64,000 nucleotides of DNA. Source: Neoechinorhynchus agilis. Taxonomy: Eukaryota > Animalia > Acanthocephala. The DNA is taken from contig CM121342.1 in assembly GCA_051530055.1 (NCBI GenBank), forward strand, positions 14,399,480 through 14,463,479, given 5' to 3'. The notes beneath the pieces are model-generated. The model was given only the letters and a program-made list of their open reading frames with translations. It was not told the origin of the DNA and made no database searches. This document shows, piece after piece, positions 8,584 to 21,058 of this stretch. The translations under genes were made by a program, and so were the position numbers. The first letter of the stretch is position 1, and each line of letters starts with the position of its first letter.

Positions 8584-11500
8584 GAAGAAAGCTTTCCTTG
8601 TCCAAAACATTCTTCCATTGCAAAGCATCCTTCCACTCCAAAACATCCATACACCTCTACCACTCATGCCTACCGCAAAACCAATTTTCCTCCACCTTAA
8701 TATTGCCTGTCGACAACTCTCCCGAATCCTATTTTCTTTTTCCGTTCCCGGTCACCATTCAGCTCATCCCCAACAAAAGCTCTAATAACTCTCGTCCTCG
8801 TGAACTCAGAATCACTTTCCATCTACCAAGCACCGACTCCTTCCTTCAAAAGCGCTTCTTACTTGTCAATTTCTCCCTACCATACCGAATATACCCAGAC
8901 CACTCACTTCAAACTGTGAACTACAATCATCATTCGCCTATGAATAATCGTCTTCTCTCCTCTTCCATTAACTTGTTACAAGCCAAACCCTACTCTCAGA
9001 ACTCACATGTAAATTTTTGGACACTTCCGAAAATCGCCACTGTACGTTGGCAGAATCAAACATTACCACTCACTCAAAATTCGCTCAGAAACATATCCAC
9101 TCAACTCATCCACCAGCCAACTCCCGCAAACCACATATTCCTTCAAGCTCTTTAAAACAGCTATTTCCCTCTATTCTTTTCACTAACACAAGAAATCTGT
9201 TACCAAAAATAGATCATCTTCCACTTTTAGCCACTACCACCAACGCAGACATTCTGGTCATTGTGGATACATGGCTGCATTCCTCCAATTCCGACATCGC
9301 CTTTATTCCTGGCAACACGTCTTCCACTCTTACAGAGACGAACGCGTGGGAGGTGGAGTCTCCGTTTTTATTCGGTCCGACCTCCCTTACTCCCTCTCCC
9401 CCTCAACTCCTTACCAATCACCATACTTAGAGTACATCTACATCACGCTCTCTCTCAAACTTCGATCAGGCAGCCGAAATTTAACCATTATCGGTATCTA
9501 TCGTCCTCCCTCAGCCAATCTACAAATAGCATCATAGGAAATTGATGCAGTGATAGCAAATCTTCACTCTCTTGGTCTTGAACGGGCCACAACTCACATC
9601 TCGATAAAATCTTTACTAGCATCCACAAATACCAGAAGGCTGCTAAAAAACCCACCTCCAATTTCAACCTCAGTCCATTGCGCAATAATCCTCGCTCCCC
9701 CCGCTTCTCCTCAACGTGTACGGTCATCCCCCCTTTACGGTCTGGGACAAGAGAGACCAACACATTTTCTCATTTACCAAATTGGCCTCGCGTAATCTCT
9801 CTTAACACCCAAAATCTATTTTTCACCCGAACTCCTCGAAGGCTATGCTTTCTCTAACTAATCTACTCTCTTCTTGCACGACTACAGCTATTTTTAGGAA
9901 AACCATTCGCCATTCCAGCCGAGACCCACCTTGGATGCCCGATTTCTTGAAAATGCTCCAAATAAACGCGAATAAAGCATAACACGCATGCAATCCTGAT
10001 TCCCCCGCCTCCAGTCCTCTCTTGCGCATCACATTCTCAATTCACGTAACACCTTTCTTGCACATAAACTCGCCTCCTCTCCCACTCGTCTTTGGTGGAA
10101 AAACACGAAACGCGCCCTATGCATAGAAAGACAGAAACCTTTCTCCAACCTATCAAACTCCGACCTTCTTGCTACCCTAACCTCTATCAATGCGCAACTT
10201 TGTGACTCTCACTCGAACACAAACAAACCATCATCCACTTCCAGATCTACATCATCGCTCGCAGCTCCTACAGCTTCACCTCCCATGATTTCCACGTATG
10301 ATATCCTCATGCATCTTCGGAAACTACCACGCAAATCATCCCCTAATTCTCCGATTCCCAACTGGGCTCTACGCTTTATCATCCCAGATTTAATTGATCA
10401 ACTTATCCATATAATCAACCAAAGTTTCAAGACCGGAATCTTCCTTAATTGCCTTCAAACACCTGGTGTAATCCTGCTCCCGAAAGCAGGTAAACTTATA
10501 TCCATCTCAAGTTTTCGACCCTTCTCTATCTTACCTCCCATCTCTAATATCTTAGAAAGATGCTTTAGAGCACACCTTCTGCAAATCATCAATGGAAAAA
10601 TATATATGTAAGCACGTTTCATTAATGTAAGAAATGCACGATCCACACACTTTCCAGCATCTATCTTTGCTGAAGGTGTCTGGATGACGGATGTTGAAGG
10701 CAAGTTAGGTGGGACTTGTCTTTGAAGGGGTGTTGATGTGCGATCGGAGGCTTTGTACAGGAGATGACCGATTGAGAATCTTTCCTTGTTCTCCGGTTAT
10801 TAAGGAAAGATTGGACTCGGGGGGAAGAAAGATTTTTGGTAGAGGGTGGCACCAGCGAGGGGAGATCAAAAAGGTTGGGGTTACGGGTGTTTACGAAGGA
10901 AGAGTATTTAGAGATGAAAGAAGAAAATTGTGGAGGGAGTTGAAGAAGACGGAGAGCGTTTTTGGAAAAAATGGAGTGGAGGTGGGCGTCGAGGGAGGGA
11001 GTGAAGTCCCGCATATTCTAGCTGCTCTCTTGTGGAAGGTCTCGAGGGAATGGAGAACATTGACGGAGAGGGCGAGGAAAGTGGGGAAAGCGTATATAAG
11101 GATAGGAAGGATGGCGGAAAGATAAAAGTGGGCAAGGTGTTTAGGGGATACGCCGAGACGCCGGAGAAGTTTAAGAAGGTAAAGACGAGGGTTTGCTTTA
11201 GAGAGTGTAAATGAAACGTGGGCATCCCATTTAAGGTTTTCTTGAAAAATCAGGCTCAGTATTCGGAGAGAAGAGAAGCGTTGTATGGGGAGAGTGCTAT
11301 GCGCGGGGATAAGATTGCGTTTGGAAATGTGGGGGTCCGGCTTTTCTTGTACGGACGCCCTTCTTTGCATTTCGATTCTCTTCTTCATAACCTCGACGCA
11401 CAACCTTTATTTTTCTCTCGACTTATCCAAATTGACATTCATAAAGTTGTTGACTCCGTAGATCACAATCTTCTCCTTGATACATGCTCAAAATTTGGTC

Positions 11501-12363
11501 TTGCCGCTTGACAAATAAAATGGTTTAATTCCTTTCTCAACAATAGATTACAATTTCTCGAAATAGGGAGCATCGCCTCGAACACCTTAGCAATCAACAA
11601 GGGAGTCCCTCAAGGGGCTGTTCTCGCCCCATGCACCGGCTCCCCTCTCACTCTCAATTACTTCTAACGAGATTTTTCACATTTAAGCATTTTGCTCCTC
11701 TAAATGTCTTACCCTTAACTAAGTGCTTTGAAATCGTCCCCTCAATCTCAAATAGCCCTTCCGATCAGCCGCTTCTTCGTTTTCTTATCAATCGTGTCTC
11801 CTCTGCTCGTATTCTTGGTTTCCATTTTCAGGAAATCTAAAATTGGACAAGCACACATCAATTTCGTTGCACGAAGATTCCATTAAGCTCTATCTTCTTA
11901 AACGCCTCCGATTCCTTGGATTATTATTCAAAGACCTTAAGTATTTCTATAAAATCGCCATCCTACCAACGCTCACCTACGCGCATATCCAACCTTCTGC
12001 AATTTTTCTTCTAAACTTTTCAAAAACTTAATACATTTCACAAGAAGTGCGCTTTAATCTGCTTCTCGAACTCATGCCTTTAGAAAAACCTCTCTAATCT
12101 TGATTCGGAGGAAAGAACGGAAGACAACAACTACAAATTAACCGACAAAAATCAAATAAATTAAAATCAACTAACAGACCAAAAACAATTTTACTAACCA
12201 CAGTCAACCTACCTCAGAAATTTTTTTTAAATCTGCAAGAATCTTAAAGAATTACCAAAATCAATCTCCTGCAAATTGGAGTCTCCTTCATATTCGAGTG
12301 TTCATGAGAACCCGAAGATATACGGGTCCTTTTCTTTGTTAATTAACAAATAAACGTGCTATT
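8584..12363 (+). mobile_element. Decayed near-full-length CR1/L2-type LINE (ORF1 remnant, APE endonuclease, RT)
   Basis: ORF1-like RPRELRITF..IYPD; APE motifs FTNTRNL, DTWL, RVGGGVS and IGIYRPPS; RT motifs FRPFSILP, SCTDALL, D..K.VDSVDH and GVPQGAVLAP; many frameshifts; AATAAA at ~12351. Confidence 0.88.
10605..11335 (-). mobile_element. 3' fragment of a younger CR1/L2-type LINE nested in antisense inside the older LINE RT
   Basis: LRILSLIFQENLKWDAHVSFTLSKANPRLYLLKLLRRLG; highly similar to the + strand copy at ~47370-48045. The host RT resumes on the + strand on both sides. Confidence 0.88.
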
Positions 12364-12460
12364 AACAACAAACTTTCCCGAGAGTTTTACTGATGACACT
12401 TTAAACAAAATGAAATTCTGCATTCTTGATTTTCATCTAAACTTCCAAAACAAAAAAAAT

Positions 12461-15436
12461 GGGGAAAACAAATTTATCTAAAGCGTCTATTACTAACAAA
12501 CAATCAATCAAATCTTCTAAACTGAAGAGTTCATAATAACACAACTTTTGCTATTCATAATGAGGCAGATCTCTTCCCTCCGCCCACTTCGCCCTCGATT
12601 TCGGCTCGCTGTACTGTATGCGATCGCGTCATAGGCGTGACGATAAGTGGGCTCATTCGAAAACATCGCCCGGTACGATCTCGACGCCCTGGATCTTCCC
12701 TTCCACCAGTGTTGGACAAACCTTTTATCATCGACGGTCACGAAACTCAAAATGTGATGAAGCGCCTCTTACAATATCTTCCAAACACGCTCTGGAAGAG
12801 GATTCCAAAAGGAGCCAGGAACAGCTGCTGTGAAATGTTCTCGAAGCTGCTGGCAAACTGCCTATCTGAACCGACGAATACAAACTATTCACGTTTATTC
12901 GCCTTTCCAAAATTGGTTCTGAGTACTAGCCGTGACCCCGAGTCCAGCCTCACGACCACCATCAAGCAGCGGATAACCAATTTTGATCGACTTTTTGAGG
13001 AGGCTGTGACGAAAAGTTACAATAATCAAACTTTACCAAGAAACGTCCAGAAGGACCCTTCGGCCGCCGTTATAATTTGAGTAATAGGATTTCTGCCAAA
13101 TTGGCAGACGCAGATGTCCGTGGAGCGGTCAGGTTACTCAGTTCCACGGCTACGTTTGCGGACAACGACCGCTCGACACTGGAGGCGTTGAGAAGTAAGC
13201 ATCCTTCAGCTTTGCCACCGATTTTGCCCCCGATACCGGAAAAGTCGCGTCAATCGACGAGGTGCACGCGGGAGGAACTTAGATGTGCTGTATCCTCGTT
13301 CCCCAATGGGTCGGGACATGGACCCGACGGACTTCGACCCCAACACATCAAGGATATGTTGGGATTTGGAACGGGAGTGATGGGAATGAAGCTCGAAACC
13401 AAACTCGTTAATGTGGTCGATGAAATCATAAATGGACCTCTCCCACTTGAAGCAACGAATTTTCTATTCTCGGCATCTCTTTGCGCCCTTTCCAAATCAA
13501 ACGGAGATATTCGTCCGATAGCTGTGGGCTGCACTCTAAGACGTTTGGCAGGGAAGATTTTGTGTAGGCGACTGAGCGAAAGGGTAGGTGAGCAACTCAG
13601 ACCTTTTCAGTTGGGCTGCTGTACTCCATGTGGAGCAGAAGCGATAGTGCACTCCACACGTACCTATATCGACGCCTCTGCCACCCCAACGGTTGTCCTA
13701 AAAGTCGATTTTTCGAACGCCTTTAATACAGTCGATCGAACAGCCTTGCTAATTACCATTGCTCGAGAATTACCTGAAGCCTATGAATACTTTGTGAAGG
13801 CGTATGGTTCTAAGACACCTCTACATTTCAACGAGCACACCATTTGGTCCGAAACAGGCCTGCAACAAGGCGATCCTCTCGGCCCCATAGGATTTTCCTT
13901 AACAACCAATGGAATATCTCGTGAGCTCAAGGCAAGTTTGAACGTCTGGTACTTGGATGACGCGACATTGGGCGGTGACCCAAAGACAGTTCTAGAAGAC
14001 CTGCAATCCCTGCTTGTTTCTGCTGCGGAATTGGGCTTACGTGTCAACCCCGCGAAGTGTGAACTATTGCCACTAAATATTTCACATTCTCGCATGACGG
14101 ATATAATGCAGTCCTTCGAATCCGTTGCCCCAGGAATCCGATTAATCAACCGGCAAAGCTTCACTCTTCTCGGCAGTTGCGTCCTGGATGCGAACATAAA
14201 TCGCGAGATAGAAGAAGAGCTTCCTAAACTGGATCTTTTGTGCTCCCGCGTTCAAGAATTGAATGCACACGAAGCTCTCTTCTTGGTGAGAAACTGCCTA
14301 TACATACCGAGGCTTATGTTCAAGATGAGAGCAGCCCCGTACTTCCGACACACCAAACGTCTCCTTGACTTAGATGGTTTGATGAAAAAGCATCTTGAGA
14401 AGGTAACAAACTGCGCCATCACTGATGAAGCTTGGCAACAAGCTGCCCTTCCGATCAAATACGGAGGTTTAGGCTTACGAAGTGTGGCTGGTTTGGCCCT
14501 TCCGGCATTCGTATCCTCGATGCACAAGACGGAGGAATTACAGGGGGAAATTCTTTTAAACAGAATGCCGAAGCCATGCAAACTATTGAAACAGGGAGTC
14601 ACATCATGGCTCTCGCAGGCCGGTCTGCAACAAGCTCCAACCAACGCGCACGAACAATCTGCTTGGGATAAACCCTTAATCCTGACGGCTCACAACAAAC
14701 TAAAAGGCCAGATGGACGAGATGTCTCAAGCTAGACTTGTGGCCAGTTCCTCGAAGGAGTCAGGCGCATGGTTGAACGTTTTGCCAATTGGTACTTTGGG
14801 AACTTTGCTGGACGACGAGACAGTTCGAATAGCCGTCGCTCTACGTTTGGGACTTCCAACCTGTGCCCCACACCAGTGCCGATGTGGAATAAAAGTTGAC
14901 GTGCTCGGGAGACATGGACTCTAGTGCAACAGATCGAGCGGTCGTTTCCCAAGGCACGCAGAGCTCAACGCGATCATTAGCAGAGCTCTGAACTCGATGC
15001 ACGTTCCAACCATCCTGGAGCCCAGTCCCGACGGTATGACCGTTTTCCCTTGGAAAGAAGGGAAGAGTCTAATTTGGGACGCAACATGCGTGGACTCACT
15101 CGCCATGTCCAACCGGCAAGATGCTTTAGCGGAGACGGGAGGAACAGCGAGTGCCGCCGAAAGGAGGAAAGCGGAGAAATACAGTGAGCTCAAACAAAAT
15201 TACATTTTCCTTCCTTTAGGCGTGGAAACACAAGGGGCGCTGGGATCTTCGACACGAAGCTTTTGTGCCGAACTCGGACGACGACTTGCAGCACAAACAG
15301 GGGAGCGACGCGAGAGGATTTTCCTGATCCAAAGAATAAGCCTCGCAATCCAACGAGGAAATGCGGTCAGCGTCCGGGGGACGATTTAAATCTAAAATTG
15401 TCCTTTAAAAAAAAGAAACAATAAAAAGATTATTAG
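12461..15436 (+). mobile_element. CRE-clade non-LTR retrotransposon (zinc finger, RT, CCHC knuckle, REL endonuclease), near-complete, 10-bp TSD
   Basis: CTVCDRVIGVTISGLIRKH zinc finger; RT motifs GPDGLRP, RPIAVG, DFSNAFN, QQGDPLGP and YLDD; C.CG..H..C..RH knuckle; REL motifs PDG..PW..GK..WD and E.RK..KY. Flanked by CAAAAAAAAT at 12451-12460 and 15437-15446. Lesions: frameshift at ~13078, TAG at 14922, and a short linker before PDG. Confidence 0.93.
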
Positions 15437-15923
15437 CAAAAAAAATCTCTTGTGCCAAATTAATAATACCACTGATTTTTCAATACAAATCCTATTTAAC
15501 TCTTAACTGAGCCCTAAATTCGATGAAATCAAAAACGAAAATCGTTGAAATTGTTATCGCTTTTACCTAAAAAGAACTACGTAAACAACGGACTTTGTCC
15601 ATCCTTGAATTTCAAATATACGATCCTAAAGTACCCACAAACCTACTTGTGCACCTATAGTCTTCGGTTGTACTGCTGATTTTACTCGTGGGAATGAATC
15701 GCTTTATATTCTCAAACCCGATTTCAAACGTAAATGTGCAAATTGGTTTTGCTGGATATAGAATTGTGAAGACTGCACTCACGTCCTTATTCGGGGTTTT
15801 AGCGGATAATGAAGATGGCTTTTTTGGTGTGCTAGTCCATATTCGCTTCGCCGTTCTTTTTTTCTCGATAAATACGCCAATTTTTGAAAAATATATACAC
15901 CATTTTGTGAAGATGTCTTTTTG

Positions 15924-17936
15924 TTAAGCAGACAGTTCAGTATTCCGCTCAACAGACGTGGGCCGCGGTATAGAGTTCGATATTGTTGGAATAGAATGCG
16001 AGCTAGTCCTTTTCACGCTGCCTTGCAAGTAATCACTTTCTGCTAATTGTTTGATATCGGGTCGCTGTCGTACTTCGTATGTGAGGCAATATGAAATAAA
16101 CGCTCGGCCTTCATTTGAAGTGGTAGGTTTCACTGGAAATTGAACATGTTTAGCTTTCAAAATAGTTTCACATTCTAGAAGTGCCGATTGCGACAGATTG
16201 TGCCCAAATGGTTTGCGGCCAAACAAACACTGAAAATAGAGGCATCCGACAGACCATACATCCACCTTCGAGGAAATCTTCGGAGGCTTCAAAGATTGAA
16301 CAAACACTTCTGGCGGTAGATACCAGTAAGTTCCCGCACCTTGAGATGTCAGATCCATTCCACGTTCAGGGTCGTATACGTCGTCGTGCATTTGCTTACT
16401 GAGACCAAAATCGGTCAGTTTTACTTTTCCGTAGTCGTTTCCAGTACCGACAAGAACATTAGCTGGTTTCAGATCGTAGTGTATAACGGGAGGTTTAACG
16501 CAAGTGTTTAAATAAAGAAGCGCACTAACAATTTGATTCAGGATGCTACGAGCTTCTTTTTCGGCCAATTGCTTTTGCTCTTTTAGTACGAGGTCCAAAT
16601 CTTTTCCATCGAAAAATTCAAGAACCGTACAAAACCAATCTTGGTCCATGTCAAATGCATCAATGAATTGAACAATGCGGGGGTGATTGACCGTTCGAAG
16701 TATATCGTTCTCACGAATACCATGACGTATGTAGTTCATTTTCTTCTCACGACTCCATTCTTTATTGAGCATGTGAATCTTACAAGCAACGTATCGAAAC
16801 TCTTTTAAGTCGTAGGCTTTATGAACTTCACTGAATCCACCTTTTCCAAGCAATTTGACCATCAAAAATCTGTCACGAATCAATGTAAATCCATTGGATG
16901 TATAAATTGCACACTTGACCAGCGCACAGCAGAAAAAAATTGGAATTCAATCTCCAAACAAAAACAACCACCTTTTCCCATTGCTGGTGCTGGTCAAGTA
17001 AGTGCAAAACGTAATGGTACAATTAATCTTAAGCTCAGGCGGATTTTGATAGAACGTACTATTATCCTCTTGAAGAAGTCTTTTCATTTCTCTAATATGC
17101 AAACTCTTTTCCTTGTCCAGTTTTTCATACTCAGCCATAAGTTCAGTTTCTTCTTTCTTAAGAGCAGCCGTCCTAATTCGAACAAGATCGTCATGTTCAC
17201 AAAACTCTCGAAGGAGAAGTTGAGGATTGTCGCAATATTCGTTAGACCATGATTCGGCGCTATCATTGTTCCTACCAAGACCAGCAGCCAAAGACTGTTG
17301 AAGTCGATTCATATCGGTTCTACGTTTGGACAGCGCTTTCTTTTCTTTTTCCAGTATCTCCCTTCTTTTATGTAGAACTTTTTGTATACGATCGAGCTTT
17401 TCGTACTCGAGACCATTCCGCCATACTTCACAGTAAGTAATCGCATGTTTCTGCGGAATGTACTGACCGAGTCGTGTACAATTCATCGATGATACATCAC
17501 GAGCTCGTTGACGATCAATCACGGCTTCCTCTTCAATCATCCGTTGAACTGCACTAGTGGCTGACGAGAGCGAAGCTTTTAAAACATCAACTTCTGACCG
17601 ACACTCTTGAAGACGACCGATGACGTCATCGCGTTCATTGAGAGCAGACGCCAATTCCATCCGTAAATCTTCTCCCTCTTCCTGACTTTGTGAAGAGCGG
17701 TCGAAATACGAAGACGGGTTAATTTGTTCTATAAGACTCAGATCTTCGACTTTTCGGCAAACGTCGCCTTGTATTGGCCGTAAATGAGAAAGAGACGACC
17801 GAGGCAAGTTTTGAGGTGAAGGTGTTTTTGCGGACGTCGATGGAGAGGTCGTCAGTCTACGCTTCTTCCGTTTGGGTTTTTCTACACTTACCAGTTGGTT
17901 ACTGGTGTGAGTTGGCACTGACGTTTCAGGTCGCAT
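15924..17936 (-). CDS. TLK: Tousled-like kinase (coiled coils plus Ser/Thr kinase)
   Basis: LLGKGGFSEVHKAYDL..VACKIH..HYDLKPAN..KLTDFGLSK..TSQGAGTYWYLPPE..ISSKVDVWSVG; the upstream ORF is in the same frame with the TLK coiled-coil pattern (EKSLHIREMKRLLQEDNS). The two ORFs are separated by an insert containing TGA. Further 5' exons are possible. Confidence 0.95.
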
Positions 17937-18135
17937 CTGAAATCTAGAAGAGAGAGATGAACATTAATTTGAACACAGTTGACTTTTCAACAAACAATCA
18001 AAACTCCGCTCTCCTATTCCCAATCTTCACGGATTTCATAACCCGAAATGAAACTAGAGAACTCTCCTGGGATCAACAAACACCAATGACCCACATTCAT
18101 TTAACAAATCACTACTCGGGAATTGTTATTTAAAC

Positions 18136-18598
18136 GTCTTCACTCGATAAAGAGTTTATCGAAAGCGTTGTGCGAACTTCTCACAAAGAGGTAGAACAAA
18201 CTCCTTTTTTGTGGTTTGAGGAGTGTTTTTAGGAAACTCTTTATCGGGTGAAGACTTCTATACTTCCTCGCATATCGACAAATCAGAACTAGATTTAGGA
18301 CATCGCTTCCTGGGCTTTTAAGTTTTGTGCTTTTTTTGGCATGAAGTCACACCGATCTCTTACATCGATGTAATTTAATCACTTCTTATTTGATTCTTTA
18401 TAGATTGGTTTGGAACTAAAAAGCCCACTAAACAGATTGAATTGAGTTTTGATTTGTCGATATGTGAGGAAGTATAGAAGTCTTCACCGATAAAGAGTTT
18501 CTTAAAAATACTCTGCAAATATAAAAAAAGGAGTTTATTCTTCCTCCTTGTAAGAAGTTTGCATAACGTTTTCGATAAACTCTTTATCGAGTGAAGAC
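18136..18598. repeat. MITE-like inverted repeat, ~155-bp arms, each arm itself internally inverted
   Basis: 18136-18291 is the reverse complement of 18446-18598; the motif TCTTCAC(T/C)CGATAAAGAGTTT occurs four times in alternating orientation. Confidence 0.88.
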
Positions 18599-18688
18599 CG
18601 GATTCCCCGTAAAAAACATTCAGTGATCATTTGTATCCGAATACGAACAAACAAAGAAAGATCCATTAAAGACTCGGTGACAAAGATA

Positions 18689-19773
18689 TGACGTCTTTTT
18701 AAAAAAGGGTGAGAATAGCGACGTAGCGTTTCATCATTATGATGATAAAAGAGAACTTGAAAGCGTAAGTGTATACGCTCAAGATCTAAGAAGGCAAACA
18801 AAGAGTTTCAGAAGGAATGTAAGAAACGGCGGTGTTGAAATATTTATGTGCGTGTGTGTGGAACATAGAAAAACAAGGTTGCCAAGAAATGACGTCGTTT
18901 TTGTGACACGATCACTTATTCGAAACAGGATAGTGTGTGTGCACAGTGACGTTATTGCATAAAATTAAATCCGTTATTTCGGACACGAGTTACCGAAATA
19001 TCGGATTCTCTGAGCGTCTAACGAAAAAAAAGAGGATTCGAATCTTGAAGCTCACGTTAGATACGGCTTTGTGTGCGTGTATCCTCGTTTGTACGTTCGG
19101 GGCCGCTAACGTGAATAAGACTTTTGCACCGATACGCCAGTTACGTCTTCCTAAAAAAGAAAGTGAAAACGATTCATCGGTTTGTCCTTGAAAAAAGAAC
19201 GCTTATCTCCTCATTTTGAGAAGCGGAAAATACGATCAGAGTTCGCAGTCTCGTAATGACGTCACAAATGCGTGTGTATAAAAATGCAGCACAAGAACGC
19301 ACACATTACGTCACTCAAAAAAGAGGTTAAATAGATCATCGTCGTAGTCTAGAACTAACCAACAAAACATGAGCGCGATTAAATTAGTAGGTGTTCATTT
19401 TTGTTTTGTCAAAGGCTTATGGGAAGCGAAATGCATCGAAGACGCTTTGATATTTTTGCGCTGTTCGTTGGCATCGGTGTGGGGAAGACGGCATTGATCA
19501 CCAAGGAAATAGGGCGGAGATTTATTGAAAAACATGGCATTATTTTGTTAGAGTAAAGCAATTGACCAAAACTTGTTCAATTCGCAACAACAACAGTCAA
19601 AAAAAACCCATTAACTCACATCAAGGAGGAAACGGCGATATGAGTTACGTAAACCGTCATGGTCCGTAGAACAGCGTATGGAGTGCATCAAACAACGGCG
19701 GCGGCAACGACGACGGTGGTTGTGCAACGGTCCTTTTGTGTGCGTGTGTGCAGACGAGATGGTGATTACGTCA
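18689..19773. promoter_or_regulatory. Cluster of CRE/ATF-type bZIP sites upstream of TLK
   Basis: TGACGTCA at 19257; TTACGTCA at 19306 and 19766; TGACGTC half-sites at 18689 and 18890. Confidence 0.35.
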
Positions 19774-20914
19774 TCATTAAAATATACGACCCAGCAAAAG
19801 TAGTCGGCCTAAACATAACGGCTATTTCGCTCGCGCGCGCATTGTTTTATTCGAATTTCAAGGAAATCGTAAGACGGCGAAAGCTCGAAAATGAAAATCT
19901 TTTTTCAAATACTTGATCACATCAGTTCCGAAATAAACCCATCTCGTTAGTGCAACCCCTCCATATACAATAATAAATGGAAACATTATGACGGAAGAAT
20001 AAATGTTGTTGTAAAGCCGCTGGGCATTTTCTCTTAAAACAGAAATCTGGGTATTGAATTTACGCTTCGATTTTCGTCATAAACCCACTTATCTATTTGA
20101 CACCCCGAAGGATTTTACGATGACGTTTTGCACCTACTTTTCCCCTGTCATTTTGTATATCCGCTAGTTAGAAGAGAACTTTTGGTGGGTAGAGAAGGTC
20201 GAAAAGTGAGGATCATAATTACTGTTTAGAAATCTTCATTCCTTACGTGGTTCGCAGGACGTTTTTAACCGAAATAATTATTTACCGGGCGAAAAATAAT
20301 AAACAATAAGTATAATCCGTAATATTTCTATGACGTTTCATCAACTTACAAGATACGCAAGGTTATTTAAGCTAAAACGTTAAGCGTTCAAAAAAGAAAT
20401 TTTACTATTAACTACCGATATTATTTGAGTTCGTATGCTGCCAATACCATTTATTATATTTTTTTTAAATATTCAGCACCGATCTAATTTTCGTTATCAC
20501 CATAAGTTCAAAATACCACACAGATTGAAAATATACAAATAGTTATGATTTGTCCATAGTTTGTTTGGATGAGGCCGAGATTAATAAACTACACTAAACT
20601 TATTCAGAATTGTTAAAGCATTGAAAAATAATAAAAAAGTTACGTAGTTTTTTTCGCGAGGAAAGTTGGTTAACGAAAACGATCCCATTGCAAAAAAAAC
20701 TGCATAACTTTATTATTTTTCAATGTTTCACGTAGAGGACGAAATATTAAATTACCTTTTTGTCTTAAGGTCATAACATGGGTTTTTTAACGCTTTGCGA
20801 ACCATCGGAACACCTAAAACGTTGCATGATAAGTCCACAATTCATATTTAAAACGCAGATTTGGAAAGGTCAACTTCGATTTGTTTCGGACATGAAATCA
20901 TTCACACCACCGTT

Positions 20915-21058
20915 TTCGTCTTCGATTATTATCTTCGTGGGAAAAGATACTTTCTTTTTCTTAGTTAGACCTCTCGATTTTAAACTTTTACTAATTTATT
21001 TCCCCGATATTTCACATCGGTCGGATGACCATGGTTTGTCATTGTTTCGCAAGTTAAA
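20915..21058 (-). repeat. Dispersed copy of the ~196-bp repeat family
   Basis: Reverse complement aligns to the 3397 unit (..GTGAAATATCGGGGAAATAAATTAGTAAAA..AAGAAAGTATCTTTTCC). Confidence 0.85.

Noticed and set aside
12461-12640. HDV-like ribozyme at the CRE 5' end
   Set aside because: No nested double pseudoknot could be discerned; the region is A-rich and then zinc-finger coding.
13250-15193. Long - strand ORFs over the CRE element (and similar shadow ORFs over LINEs, TLK, RIMBP and gypsy)
   Set aside because: Antisense shadows of real coding sequence, with no motifs of their own.
15640-15900. ~90-codon start-less open frame on the - strand downstream of TLK
   Set aside because: No start codon, no recognisable motif and no clear splice connection to TLK.
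16905-16927. AATTGCAC (miR-92 seed-like) in the TLK hairpin as a microRNA
   Set aside because: The loop is ~50 nt, and the seed-like sequence is on the 5' arm of the strand antisense to TLK; this does not fit a canonical precursor.
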